Below, in pieces: positions 52,574 to 53,499 of a DNA stretch of 53,499 nucleotides. Every line of letters begins with the position of its first letter. Within the stretch, counting starts at the first letter, position 1. A program made the position numbers and the translations under genes. The stretch spans positions 62,001 to 115,499 of the forward strand of contig CAUYUJ010000310.1 of NCBI GenBank assembly GCA_963575745.1. The letters run 5' to 3'. This DNA comes from Prorocentrum cordatum (taxonomy: Eukaryota). Below the pieces are notes generated by a model. It saw only the letters and a program-made list of their open reading frames with translations. It ran no database searches and was not told the origin of the DNA.

Positions 52574-53499
52574 GGGGCCCCTCCTGGGCCTAGCTCTCCC
52601 CGCCGTGTGGCGATTCCAGACCGATGGCGGCGCTCGCGCACTTCCAGCTTGCCCCCGCGACCAACCCCCCCAGGTTTCATTCGGCCTGGGCGTCCGAAGG
52701 GGCCGCGCGCCCCGCGGGGGCGCCAGGGCCAGCGAGGCGCCCCCCCAACTCAAGGAGGCCACCCCGCCCACCTTCCCCGCCCCTCCAGTGCAGGGTGGCG
52801 CCCTTCGGTCCTGGCCGCGGGTGGGCGGGCGCTTTGGGTCGAACCCCGGCGCCCGCCTGCCCGCCCCCCTTGCCGCCTCCCGGGCCGTGCGGGGGCTCGT
52901 CGGGGGCTCCTTCCCCGCCCCTGCTGGCGGCGCCCCCTTTCCTCTCCGCGGCGCGGGGCTGGGCAGGGGGAGGGGCCCGGTCTGGGGTTCACCCCTCGCT
53001 TCGGTGAGGCGCGGACCCCGCTCCCCTTCCGGGCCCGACGTTCCTCGCGGAGGTGGGCCAGGGCCTGCTCGAGAATGTCCCGGTGCCGCGGGCTCCCCTT
53101 TGCCCCTGGCTGGGATGGCCCCTCCGCCGCGCGCCTGCCTGGGGGCAGGAAGTTCTCCCGGCGGCGGGGCCTGGGTGCAAAAAGTTTCCCCGGCGGCGGG
53201 GGGCGGGCGACCCCCGGCGCGGGGCGTCTCCCCCCCCGCCCTCCTGTCGGGCTGAGGCGGGTTCAAGGGGGGGGTCCTGCGTGCCTCCGTCATCCTCGCC
53301 CCCCGCGAGGTGCATTGGCGCGGGGTGCCTCGCCCCCCTGGGCCCCGACCGGGATTCGCAAGAAGCGGCTCCCCGTGGCGGGCCCCCTCGCCGCTCCCGC
53401 CCATGGATGGGCCGAGGGCCTGGCCTCCCGGGCCGCGCCCGCTGGCGTGGCGAGACCAGCCCGGGCGGCGAACGCCGCGGCCAGTGGAACGGCGAAGAA

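Overview
Repeat-rich, GC-rich eukaryotic DNA with no intact host gene. It is most likely dinoflagellate, inferred from DinoSL-like relics, a GC-AG intron and DNMT-bearing copia-like elements. Three minus-strand LTR retrotransposons share one tRNA-iMet-type primer-binding site (PBS). Element 1 (1-10053, running off the left edge) is nearly intact. It encodes a giant Gag-PR polyprotein carrying a Tpt1/KptA RNA 2'-phosphotransferase domain and a RING-H2 finger. A single in-frame UGA followed by an H-type pseudoknot then leads into pol, which starts with a degenerate DNMT-like domain. The element's RNA strand carries 24 dispersed, covarying GNRA-type tetraloop hairpins. Element 2 (about 10083-13225) is a gag-PR-IN copia fragment cut off at element 1. 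Element 3 (42482-52573) is a decayed, near full-length copia (gag-PR-DNMT-IN-RT-RH) whose LTRs are about 89% identical over the alignable 151 bp. All three LTRs contain a spliced-leader-like sequence. The middle 29 kb holds microsatellites, two 89-bp minisatellite arrays with a shared head, a small Helentron/MITE-like element, a Helitron-type helicase relic with an introner-like intron, and decayed DNA-transposon relics. Everything was read by eye and no searches were run.
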